DNA of 64,000 nt from Octopus vulgaris. Its lineage: Eukaryota. The translations under genes were made by a program, and so were the position numbers. The stretch is taken from the NCBI GenBank assembly GCA_951406725.2, contig OX597835.1:40982001-41046000 (forward strand), in the 5' to 3' direction. Below are positions 21,790 to 33,550 of this stretch, in pieces. Position 1 is the first letter of the stretch, and the number at the start of each line of letters is the position of its first letter. The notes below the pieces were generated by a model. It did no database searches. It saw only the letters and a program-made list of their open reading frames with translations, and was not told the DNA's origin.

Positions 21790-21889
21790 CAACAAATAAA
21801 TTCTTTAATCGTACATAATCAGCATCTTGTTCAAATGGATCTCCAGCAAATAAAAGACATGGCTTGGTTCCCAAAGAGACTTTGGAACT
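21790..21889 (-). CDS. RPF2: RPF2 exon 7
   Basis: ttgcag| SSKVSLGTKPCLLFAGDPFEQDADYVRLKNLFV(D) |gtaagt. Confidence 0.96.
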
Positions 21890-23741
21890 CTGCAAAAGAA
21901 GAAATAGTTTTTTAAAAATCAGTTGATTTTTTTTTCTTCTTATTACATTTCATTTTTGAATTTTAGAAATATTGCATTCCTAAATCTCTCAGAGAGAGTT
22001 ATGCAGAAGCAGCACGATAAAGTGATGGCTTGTTGCCATTAATATGGCAGTCCCAGGAAAGGGAAGAATGCTACTGCTATTTAGCGCCAAGAAACACCGT
22101 TTCTAAGGACACAAGAGTTCTGTGTCCTCAAGTTCTCAAACAGGGGAGATAAGCACCTCCACCCAACAAAGCCAGCATCCAGATGGTGTTTCTTGGAGCT
22201 AAACAGCAGTAGCACTCTTCCCTTTCCTGGGACTGCCACATTAAGTTGGCAACAAACCAACATTTTTGAATTTGTTTTGCAAGAATTTTGCTGTTTAATA
22301 AGCAAGTGTTGATATTATTATACTTCAGAGAGTGCCATCATTTTACCAATAAAACACACATTAGTTAGGCTTGGTTCAGTTTTATTAATTAATCAATAAA
22401 CCAATAGACTGTGTGGTAAGAAATTTGCATCCCAACAGCATGGTTTTGGGTTCAGTCCCAAATTGTGGCACCTGGGGCTGTCAACCAAAGCCTTCCGAGT
22501 GAATTTGGTAGAAGGAAACTGTGTCGAAGTCCATCATGTATCATCCTCTTCATTCAATGTCCATTTTCCATGTTGGCATGAGTTGGACGGTTTGATCAGA
22601 GCTGGCAAGCGGAACTGCACCAGGTTCCAGTCTGATTTGGCTTGGTTTCTATAGTTGGATGCCCTTCCTAATGGCAACTTATTTTACAGAGTGTAGCGGG
22701 TGCTTTTTATGTGGCACCAGCATGGATGATTTATACCTGTCACCGGTACAAGAGGTATTTACTTGGCACCAACACAGATGCTTTTACATGGCATCAGCAC
22801 GGGGCTCTTGTGGGCCAATCCTTTTCAGCAAGGGAAGCAGCAAGTCTCCTTGTCTTGATATGACATAATAGAAATAGATGTAAACGAGTGTCACTGTTAT
22901 GCAAGCGGTGTAATGCATTTCTAGTCCTTCATGATGGAATACAATGTAACAACATGTGGAGTGTTGGCAATTTTTTTCCTCCGTCCTCCTTTTCTCTTGG
23001 ACTTTCCTCTGTCTCCTGTTTCTGACAAAGAGCTTTGCTTGAAATGTAAAACTATTTTCTTTCCTTCCCTGAGTGTCTGATAATACTTTGCATGTACCAC
23101 CCCCTTACATTGTTTTTTTCTTGTGATTTTCCTTTTTTTTTTTTGGATCGCCGGGGCCCCGTGCTGGTGGCACATAAAAAGCACCATCCGAACATGGCCC
23201 TTTGCCAGCCTCATCTGGCACTTGTGCTGGTGGCACATAAAAAGCACCATCCGAACATGGCCCTTTGCCAGCCTCATCTGGCACTTGTGCTGGTGGCACG
23301 TAAAAAGCAACCACTACACTCACGGAGTGGTTGGAGTTAGGAAGGGCATCCAGCTGTAGAAACATTGCTAGATCAGACTGGGCCTGGTGCAGCCTTCTGG
23401 TTTCCCAGACCCCAGTTGAACCGTCCAACCCATGCTAGCATGGAAAACGGACGTTAAATAATGATAATGATGATGATTAATTATATATAAAAACAAAACT
23501 GAAGACACATAGGCAAATGAGACAACTCACAGCAGGTCCCTTTTCGGGGACATCTCTGTTTCGTCATCATTGTGATTTTTCAATGCCACACACCGAACAA
23601 GGCTTGCTGCAGGCTATATCGCTGGCTATGACTTTATGCTAAACCATCTGCTGGCATGTCCCAATGTTTCATGCCACAGGACAAAAAATGTCAAATATGA
23701 ATTAGAAGCTGACTTCCTCAAAGACAAATTCATGTATTTAC

Positions 23742-23818
23742 CTTCTCATCCATCATTGATTTGAACTCTTCAACTCCTAATTCTATCATGTCCATCACAT
23801 GATGATCAAAAAATCGAC
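23742..23818 (-). CDS. RPF2: RPF2 exon 6
   Basis: cttaag| (G)RFFDHHVMDMIELGVEEFKSMMDEK |gtaaat. DMIELG motif. Confidence 0.96.
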
Positions 23819-23945
23819 CTTAAGGATACAAATAAAAAAAAAAAGGATCAAATATAGCGAATGGTATTTTTGTGAAGAATCAATAAACACACATACAAAG
23901 ATTATCTTGGAAATAATAAATAACAACAATAGATTAATTCTTTAC

Positions 23946-24027
23946 CAAAGACTAAATTTGCAGGTTTTTTCTTGGAATGTGAGCCAAACAAAAACAAGGA
24001 AGCGTCAGATCTGCCAGAAAAAAAATC
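23946..24027 (-). CDS. RPF2: RPF2 exon 5
   Basis: tttcag| DFFSGRSDASLFLFGSHSKKKPANLVF(G) |gtaaag. Confidence 0.96.
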
Positions 24028-25788
24028 CTGAAATTGAAAATAATAAAAATAGATTTAAAAAATAATTAATTAAAGTTAAATAAAGAATTTTAAAAAATGA
24101 ATTATTAGCGTTGGAAGTAGTATTAATCCTTTAGCATTTAAACTGGCCAAAATATTCTGGCTGTTTTGGTCTAAACCAGCCTGATCTGGCCTCTTACACA
24201 TACCTTACAATGTCATTCTAAAACTAAACAATCACATCATTGAAATCTCGAAGCCACAAGATACTGCTGCATCATCATCATCATCATCATCACCATCACT
24301 ACCATCATCATCATCGTTGTTTACTGTCCGCTTTCCATGCTAGCATGGGTTGGATGATTTGACTGAGGTCTGGCAAACCAGATGGCTGCACCAGACTTTT
24401 GGCAGAGTTTCTACAGCTGGATGCCCTTCCTAATGCCAACCACTCCGATAGTGTAGTGGGTGGTTTTATGTGCCACCAGCACAAGGGCCAGTCAGGTGGT
24501 ACTGGCAACGGCCACGCTCAAATGCTGCTTTTTACATGCCACCTGCACAGGAGCCAGTCCAGCGCCACTGGCAACGACCTCGCTCAAATGTTTTTTTCAT
24601 GTGCCACCAGCACAAGTGCCAGTAAGGCGACGCAGGTAATGATCATGCTCGAATGGTGCTTTTTATGTGCCACCGGCATAGAGGCCAGCTTGTTGCTCTG
24701 GCAACGATCACGCTTATATGGTACACTTAGCGCTTGATTAATCCAAAACAATGTGAATGAAAAAGCATTACTTTTGACAGAATAATCTCAATGCTAAAGG
24801 GTTGATACAAAAAGCTAATCTTTATATCCGATTTAACATGGGTGTCTTGTTAAAACATTGAATGCTTGTTATTAACCTTGAGAAATCTTTTCATTCAGGA
24901 TCCAGGTGTCTAAAAGGACAAACATGGATCACAGCAGACAAGAATTGCCTGTCCTGGGCACTGGAACTCCAGCATTACATGATTCCATTCAACTGGAAAT
25001 CATCAGTGGGAGAGATGGCATCTCAAATAACCAATTTTTAATAAGCTTGCTGGCTATTTGCGACTTCAGAGTCTAAAAAGATGCTGATGTTTTATATATC
25101 AGGAGTGGTTGTGTGGTAAGTAGCTTGCTTACCAACCACATGGTTCCGGGTTCAGTCCCACTGCATGGCACCTTGGGTAAGTGTCTTCTACTATAGCCTC
25201 GGGCTGACCAAAGCCTTGTGAGTGGATTTGGTAGACGGAAACTGAAAGAAGCCTGTCGTATATATGTATATATATGTGTGTGTGTGTGTTTGTCCTCCTA
25301 GCATTGCTTGACAACCGATGCTGGTGTGTTTATGTCCCCGTTACTTAGCAGTTCGGCAAAAGAGACCTATAGAATAAATACTGGGCTTACAAAAGAATAA
25401 GTCCCGGGGTCGAGTTGTTCGATAAAAGGCGGTGCTCCAGCATGGCCGCAGTCAAATGACAGAAACAAATAAAAGAGTAAAGAGTATATCGTAGTAGCAA
25501 GATTTGACTGGTAACCAGATACCTTACACTGATTTCCAATGGACTGAAATCATGCGATATGGGAGTCCTGGCGCCCACGACAGACTATTCTTGTCTGCGA
25601 TGATCCATGTGTGTGCTTTAACCCTTTAGCATTGAACTGTAAAAGTTCTTCATTCACATTGGTTTGACAGAATCATGCATTATTTCATAACTTTCGGATA
25701 TCAACGATGTGGTAGCTTGTTTTGAATACAGTTGCTGGGTCGGTATAAGAAGCCTGATCTGGTTGGTTTCATCATAAAACAAGTAGAA

Positions 25789-26418
25789 CAGTGGTTCCCA
25801 AACTTTTTAGAGTCGCGACCCACTATTTATCACACCAGTTTATGACGACCCAATTAACTCTACCGAGTAAAAACATTAATGAAATTACCAAATCCATTTC
25901 AGATTACATCTTCAGTGAGGCCTGTGAGAAGGATGAGTCCCCTGGTGATCCCTTCTATACTTTTTAAAGAATTTATAAACTTACTAGTGAAATCCATAAT
26001 GTCTTCTTTATTTAATTTTTTTGCTATTTATATTAAATGTGAAACAAAACGTTTTATAACTGTTTTCAACGTCTCTATACCCTATGTGTAAATACTAACA
26101 CTAATACAAAACCTTGAAGTAGTACCTGTTATCAGCTCAATCAGTATTATACTTCACCTAGTTAAAGTTCTCTGTAAATAGGTAAAAACAGGCCTTTCCT
26201 TTTTACGATTACGTACAAATAAATAACTTGAGAAAATAACAACCTCTGATTTGTTGAGTTCGTGAAAAAGCTTACTGCTTGATAAAACAACAAGTCTGGT
26301 ATTGAAAACATAAGTCTTGAACTATCTCGATAGACAGCAGGTAACCAAAGCTAATGCGTAATTCAATAACTTTTTGCGACCCATCTGTGGGTCGCAACTC
26401 ATAGTTTGGGAACCACTG
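25789..26418. mobile_element. hAT (Charlie-like) non-autonomous element nested in a piggyBac-like MITE
   Basis: CAGTGGTTCCCAAACT ... AGTTTGGGAACCACTG with 8-bp TSD AAGTAGAA. Confidence 0.9.
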
Positions 26419-27668
26419 AAGTAGAATATTTGGGTCGGATATGACTGGTATGAATATTAAACAGCTAATGCCACAATCTACGGGTATACTTTTATGCTTG
26501 AAGTTCCAATATGAGAAGATCTCTCAAGGCTAATAACAGTATTAGGTGTCCTCACATGACATCCACGATGAGATGAATGCATAATTTAATAGCAAAAATA
26601 TATAAATACTTCAAATACAGGAATTTTCTCCAGAAAAAACATTCGTTTATTCCAATTTTTCTCTATTTATAATAAAATTAATTACAAATTCGGAGTTGTA
26701 ACATAAATAAGTTTAAACTCAATTTTACAACCTGTTGTCACTGAACAAATTCTTAGAACATGGAATTTTTAAATCACCTGTTTTATACTTTTTACCTGTT
26801 TCAGACATTGAACTGTGGCTATGCTGAGTCACTGTTGAACAAATTAACTGTAGTAGATATTTTTTAAGTCTGATATGTTATCAGTCTCTTTTGCCAAAAT
26901 TACTAAGTAACGGGGACGTAATCAAACAAGCACCAGTTGTCAAACAGCAATGGTGGGGACAAAGAAACACACACACATCTGTATCTACATATATATCATA
27001 ATCACTCAGACACATCAGATTCTGTCAAGCCATCCAATCCATACCACCATTAAATGATGATGATATATCTGTCTCCCTATCTATATATATGTGTGTGTAT
27101 ATATATATATATTAAACGTGGCCGATGCCAGCGCTGCCTTGACTGGCTTCCGTGCCGGTGGCACGTAAAAAGCACCAATCCGATCATGGCTGTTGCCAGC
27201 CTCGCTTGGCACCTGTGCCGGTGGCACGTAAAAAGCACCCACTACACTCGCGGAGTGGTTGGCGTTAGGAAGGGCATCCAGCTGTAGAAACACTGCCAGA
27301 TCAGATTGGAGCCTGGTGCAGCCTTCTGACTTCCAAGATCCCCGGTCAAACTGTCCAACCCATGCTAGCATGGAAAATGGACGTTAAACGATGATGATAT
27401 ATATATATACACACACATACAATGGGCTTCTAGACAGTTTTCATCATCAACCAAATTCACTCACATGGCATTGGTTGGCCCAGGGCTATAATAGAAGACA
27501 TATGCCCAAGGTGCTGTGCAGTGGGACTGAACTCAAAACCACATAGTTACAAACCAAGCTTCCTATCTGCACAGCCATTGCCTGCACCAATTATACTTGG
27601 ATAATTTTCATAAATCAAACAAAATATTACAAAACTCCAAAATAATCTCTAAAATTTCCGGTACTTAC

Positions 27669-27708
27669 CAAAGAATTTTCACTCTCAAATGGCCGGATAA
27701 TATTTTTC
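27669..27708 (-). CDS. RPF2: RPF2 exon 4
   Basis: tcttag| (R)KNIIRPFESENSL |gtaagt; 40 nt. Confidence 0.93.
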
Positions 27709-28675
27709 CTAAGAAAACAAAAATAATTAAACATTATTACTATTATTATTATTATATGCATGATTTAATAGCAAAAATATATAAATACTTCAAATACAGG
27801 AATTTTCTCCAGACAAACGTTTGTTTATTCCAATTTTCTCTATTTTTCTTCCTTCATGTAATTTGCAATTTATGGAAAAAATATTAGGGAGGCAAGCTAC
27901 TTTTTTACTTGTTTCAGTCATTTGACTGTGGCCATGCTGGAGCACCGCCTTTAGTCGAGCAAATCAACCCCAGGACTTATTCTTTGTAAGCCCAGTACTT
28001 GTTCTATCAGTCTCTTTTGCTGAACTGCTAAGTTACGAGGATGTAAACACACCAGCATCAGTTGCCAAGCGATGTTAGGGGGACAAACACAGACACACAA
28101 ACACATACATATATACGACGGGCTTCTTTCAGTTTCCGTCTACCAAATCCAATCACAAGGCTTTGGTCGGCCCGAGGCTATAGTAGAAGACACTTGCCCA
28201 AGGTGCCATGTAGTGGGACTGAACCCGGAACCCTGTGGTTCGTAAGCAAGCTACTTACCACACAACCACTCTTACGCCTGCACAAAATCTTGTCTTATTA
28301 TTATCGTTAATGGTGAGCAGGATGTAAAGTTTAGCAGTATTTTGATCTTTGCTACATTTTGAGCTTAAATTCCGCCAAGGTCAACTTTGCCTTTCATCCT
28401 TTTGGGGGTCGATAAATTAAGTACCAGTGAAACACTGGGGTCAATGTAAGTGATTCATCTCCTCCCCCAAAATGGCTGTCCTTGTGGCAAAACTTTAAAT
28501 CAAGGATACAGTGCACTGCCAAGAATCAAACTCATGCCCTTACAACTGTGAGCTGAATACTCTAACCACTAAGCCATGTGCCCAAGCTTAATAACGACAG
28601 TTATTTAAGTAAGTTCTTCATTATTTTCTTGGTTGACTCAAATTTCCTGAGTCAAGGAACTGAGCAGGGGAATCA

Positions 28676-28877
28676 GGTACTATTTGAGAAGAGTGGTCCC
28701 TGTGCGCTAGCTAGTCGTGACTAGTCGATCCTTACTTTGTGTTTTATTTACTTTGTTTAAAAATATTATTTATTTTGTGTTTTATTTACTTTGGAGGATT
28801 GACTAGTCATGACTAACTAGAGTGGATGCGTGAGTACGCAAGTGCGTGCACCGGGACCACTCTTTTTAAGTAGTACC
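28676..28877. mobile_element. palindromic MITE with 9-bp TSD (Mutator/Merlin-like); second copy ~32057-32295 in the opposite orientation
   Basis: GGTACTATTTGAGAAGAGTGGTCCC ... GGGACCACTCTTTTTAAGTAGTACC flanked by GGGGAATCA on both sides. Confidence 0.85.
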
Positions 28878-29126
28878 GGGGAATCAATCATGGAGCTACA
28901 ATATGTTTGGAAAGCAGACTTCTTAAACTACGCAGCCATGTCTATAATCAATTATATCATAGATGGTGTGTCCCAGTATGGCCACAGTCCAATGAGACCA
29001 ATAGGAGAATAAAAGATTTTTACAAAAAAAAAAAAAAAAAAAAACATTCTCTAATCTCTCAAGGAAATTAAAATGGATGTAAAAACCAGCAAAGACTAAA
29101 AAAAAACTTTTTTTAAAATCACATAC

Positions 29127-29164
29127 CTTTTGTACATGACTGAATTGGGTTTCTTCAAGATATA
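29127..29164 (-). CDS. RPF2: RPF2 exon 3
   Basis: ttgcag| YILKKPNSVMYK(R) |gtatgt; 38 nt. Confidence 0.93.
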
Positions 29165-31088
29165 CTGCAAGAACAAAAAAAAAATAATTAAGGAACAATA
29201 TTATGAATCTTGTTTCTTGGGAGGGTCATTACAACAATAATAACACAAGCACTGGTTCAATATCACTTCATTGTTAATACTAATGATTTGTAGGTACATA
29301 ATATTTCATTATGCATCTATAATATACTATGAAGTATATTAAATGTTTTTATAAGACAATACCAAAATCAGTACTGGCAATAATTTCTATAGAATATATA
29401 CTCTTTCACTTGTTTCAGCCACAACGACGTTATTATACACCAGCGACAGACAGAACGTCTTCTATCTCCGCTGCCGTTGTCACCATCATCGTACCAACTT
29501 TATGTCATCTCTACCATCGTCCACTTCAGATATACACTGTTACTTGTTTCAGTCATTTGACTGCGGCCATGCTGGAGCACCGCCTTTAGTCGAGCAAATC
29601 GACCCCGGGACTTATTCTTGGTAAGCCCAGTACTTATTCTATCGGTCTCTTTTGCCGAACCGCTAAGTGACGGGGACGTAAACACACCAGCATCAGTTGT
29701 CAAGTAATGCTAGGGGGACAAACACACACACACACATATATATATATATACATATATACGACAGGCTTCTTTCAGTTTCCGTCTACCAAATCCACTCACA
29801 AGGCATTGGTCGGCCTGGGGCTATAGCAGAAGACACTTGCCCAAGATACCACGCAGTGGGACTGAACCCGTAACCATGTGGTTGGTTAGCAAGCTACTTA
29901 CCACACAGCCACGTACACACCAACTTCACAGACCCACGCTGTTAGGGTGAAACTTTCACCAAATAAAACAGTCCATCTGAAGTTGACGATGGTAGAGACA
30001 ACGTAAAGTTGGTACGATGATGGTGACGACGGCGGCAGAGATAAAAGATGTTCTGGCTGTCGCTGGAAACTGAAACATGGCTGAGTACGGTGCTGGTCAG
30101 TGACTAGACTGGACCTTAACCCTTTAGCATTTAAACTGGCCATATCTGGCCAAAAGTATTCTGCCTGTTTTAAGTTCAAACTGGCCAGGTCTGGTCTCTC
30201 ACACCAACCCTACAATATTGTTTGAAAAATGAACAGCAACCTCATCAAAATCTCATAACTACAAGATAATGCATGAATAGTTCAAGGCAATGTGGATGAA
30301 GAAGCATTAATAATGTGAACACTAAAGGGTTAAAAGGTCTAGAGTCAAAGACCCTGTATACTGAAAGCAAGCCCTATATATAGAGGAGAAATGGCTCAAA
30401 CAAAGCCTAGGAAAAACAGTGTCACCAAAGGCCGTGATTGGTTGGTTTTGGACAGTGGCGCAAAATCGCGCCACATGTCAACCAATCAGATCAGTGGACA
30501 CAACAGGAACAACCAAGCCAAAGATGGCTGTAATCTCAAACGAGACCATTCCTGCTGTGTCTCTCAAACAGTGAGGATATCAGATACCGCTACACATGCA
30601 TGGGACAGTGAACATTAAATAATGATAACAAAGATGATGATGTTGTTAAGGAGGTGCCTAGCAAAACTGAGGTGTATCTTATAAATTAGTGTATCTCATA
30701 TGCCATGAAATAAGCCATATACCAGAGATATGCTGCTCCTTCTCGAGCTACACCTGGCTCATAAGGGCCGGTTTCCCAGTTTCTTGGCATATAGGTTCCC
30801 CACCTGGATGGGATGCCAGTCCGTCACAGGTAAGCTGCAAGATGCAGGAGGAAAGAGTGAGAGAAAGTTGTGGCGAAAGAGTCAACAGAAGATTTTGCCA
30901 TTACCTTCTGCTGGAGCTGTGTGGAGCTTAGGTGTTTTGCTCATAAAAACATGCATTGCCCGGTCTGAGATTCGATCCGTCGACCGTGAGTCCGCTGCTC
31001 TAACAACTAGGCCATGTGCCTCCACCACCAGAGATTTAATGGTCTGAGGAGACCTGAAAGACTACACAAGAACAACAACAACACTTAC

Positions 31089-31221
31089 GATATCTCTCAA
31101 AGCTTTCGTGACAGTCTCACTTGTGTTCCCTCCTTTGATAATCATGGCCACTTTGGTATTTTCAAAGAGTTTCGGTTCCCTTCGTTCCAAGGCTCGTTTC
31201 CCTTTCTGGGTCTTGGTAGGT
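31089..31221 (-). CDS. RPF2: RPF2 exon 2
   Basis: ttgtag| (V)PTKTQKGKRALERREPKLFENTKVAMIIKGGNTSETVTKALRDI |gtaagt. Matches the RPF2 N-terminus (KR.LE.REPKL.EN.K). Confidence 0.96.
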
Positions 31222-33062
31222 CTACAAAAGAGGAGAAGGATAAAAAATCAATTTACAATCATTATCACCATCATCATCGTTTAACGTCCGTTCTCCACGC
31301 TAGCATGGGTTGGACGGTTCAACCGGGGTCTGGGAAGCCAGAAGGCTGCGCCAGGCTCCAGTCTGATCTGGCAGTGTTTCTACAGCTGGATGCCCTTCCT
31401 AACGCCAACCACTCCGCGAGTGTAGTGGGTGCTTTTTACGTGCCACCTGCACAGGTGCCAGGGGAGTCTGGCATCGGCCACAATCTGTTGGTGCTTTTTA
31501 CGTGCCACCGGCACGGAAGCCAGCCAAGGCAGCGCTGGCATCGGCCACGTTCGGATGGTGCTTTTTATGTGCCACCGGCACAGAAGCCAGTCGATATTAA
31601 TTTTAAACTGCTATTACTATTAATAAGGCCATGAGCAAGTAGGATCGTTAGCATCTTGGACAGAATGGTTGGCGGCATTTTCTTCCAGCTCTTTCTTTTA
31701 TGTTTGGAGTTCAAATTCTGCTGATGTCGACTTTCAACCTTTCAAGATTGATGAAATAAAGTACCACTGGGGCGATATAATCAACTTACTCCCTCCCACT
31801 AAAAAATGCTGGTCTTAGCTAAAACTTGAATCCATTATTATAATTATTTCTAGCAGAACCAGTGGAAAATTGCTTTATTTCTATTTTGACGCATAAATAA
31901 TGGACCCCCACCACACACACACAAAATCCCCATTAGAATTCCTTCCAATTTCAATTTACTATTCTCAGACAATGTATTCTTTCGGATATTCTTGTGACAA
32001 ACATCGCTATTATTTTGCCTTGTTTCCTTCAACTTGTAGCCACTTTCATCATAAATTCTACTTGAAAACAGTGGTCCCGGTGTGCGCACTCGCATAGTCA
32101 CGCTAGCTAGTCGTGACTAGTCGATCCTACAACGACAACCTAAATAAAACACAAAATAATTTTTTTTAAAACAAAGTAAATAAAACACAAAACGATAAAG
32201 TAAAAAACACAAAGGATCGACTAGTCACGACTAGCTAGCGCGGATGAGCGAGTACGCGAGTGCGCGCACCGGGACCACTGTTCTCAAGTAGTACCTTCTA
32301 TTGCATGGTTCATAGTTTCTAAACGAATTCTTCGAAAATGATGGCGAAGGTAAAGAATAAATACGTACACCGGGTGGTTAGGGTTAGGCCGAAAACGGGT
32401 GGTGTGCGTATTCTTTACCTCCGCCAAAATCACATATTAAAACGACTGTCAGCATTTATCTTATACTCGTTTCGATCATTCGACACGACCATGCTGGAGT
32501 ACTGCCCTGAAGGATTTGAGTTGAACAAATCGATCCGAGTACATTTTTAAAGCCCCGTACTTATTCCATCAGTCTCTTTTACCGAACCGACAAGGTACAG
32601 GGACGTAAACAAACCAAACATCGGTTGTCTTAAGATTAATGTTTCAATGTCTTCATTCCAAATGGTCACTAGGTCCATAAATATATATTTCTTTATTGCC
32701 CACAAGGGGCTAAACATAGAGGGGACAGACAAAGGGATTAAGTCGATTACATCGACCCCAGTGCGTAACTGGTACTTTATTTATCGACCCCGAAAGGATG
32801 AAAGGCAAAGTAGACCTCGACGGAATTTGAACTCAGAACGTAAAGAGAGATGAAATACCTATTTCTTTATTACCCACAAGGGCTAAATACAGAGAGGGCA
32901 AACAGGGACAGACAAACGGATTAAGTCGATTATATCGACCCCAGTGCGTAACTGGTACTTCATTTATCGACCCCGAAAGGATGAAAGGCAAAGTCGACCT
33001 AGGTCCTTATTAAACATAATTTTGCAATTAAAACATGAGATAAATGAAAACTTAGTACGTAC

Positions 33063-33082
33063 ACAATCAACGGCAATACCAT
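33063..33082 (-). CDS. RPF2: RPF2 exon 1, duplicate copy A (downstream)
   Basis: ATG GTA TTG CCG TTG ATT GT|gtacgt. Phase 2, in frame with exon 2. Confidence 0.55.
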
Positions 33083-33310
33083 TCTGACAGATCGATGGAA
33101 TCCGCTATAATACCTATGTCTGTCCATGTTTGTCTCCTCTATGTTTAGCCCCTTGTGGGTAGTAAAGAAATAGGCATTTGAAGTGTGTGTATATAAATTT
33201 AGTTTACTTTTATAATTACATTTTCACTCTTTAAAAATCTAAACAATAAATCAAATTTTTAGAAAGGAAATAACATAGTTTTCCTCATTAAACATTATTT
33301 TGGTACGTAC

Positions 33311-33330
33311 ACAATCAACGGCAACACCAT
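33311..33330 (-). CDS. RPF2: RPF2 exon 1 coding part, copy B (promoter-proximal)
   Basis: ATG GTG TTG CCG TTG ATT GT|gtacgt = MVLPLI(V). Joining the 10 exons gives a 903-nt open frame. Confidence 0.75.
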
Positions 33331-33359
33331 TCTGACAGATCGATGGAATCCGCTATCAA

Positions 33360-33550
33360 TAAATAGGCAGTATATTGATGCCCGTACAGGTGTGATGTGG
33401 TGGCGTTAATTCCTAATTATTAATTATCGCCAGACTGAAATTAAACAACACGTGCGTGGTTCACAGAGGCCACATCCAGGAAGTGATGTCATAGATGTTG
33501 CTATACTACAGAATGTGACAAGCCGAAGATTTACGAAATTAGGATCGTTA
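33360..33550 (-). promoter_or_regulatory. putative RPF2 promoter
   Basis: Non-repetitive, CpG-retaining sequence just upstream of exon 1. It has an E-box CACGTG (33449-33454) and an ETS-like CAGGAAGTG overlapping a CRE-like TGATGTCA (~33476-33491). Confidence 0.5.
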
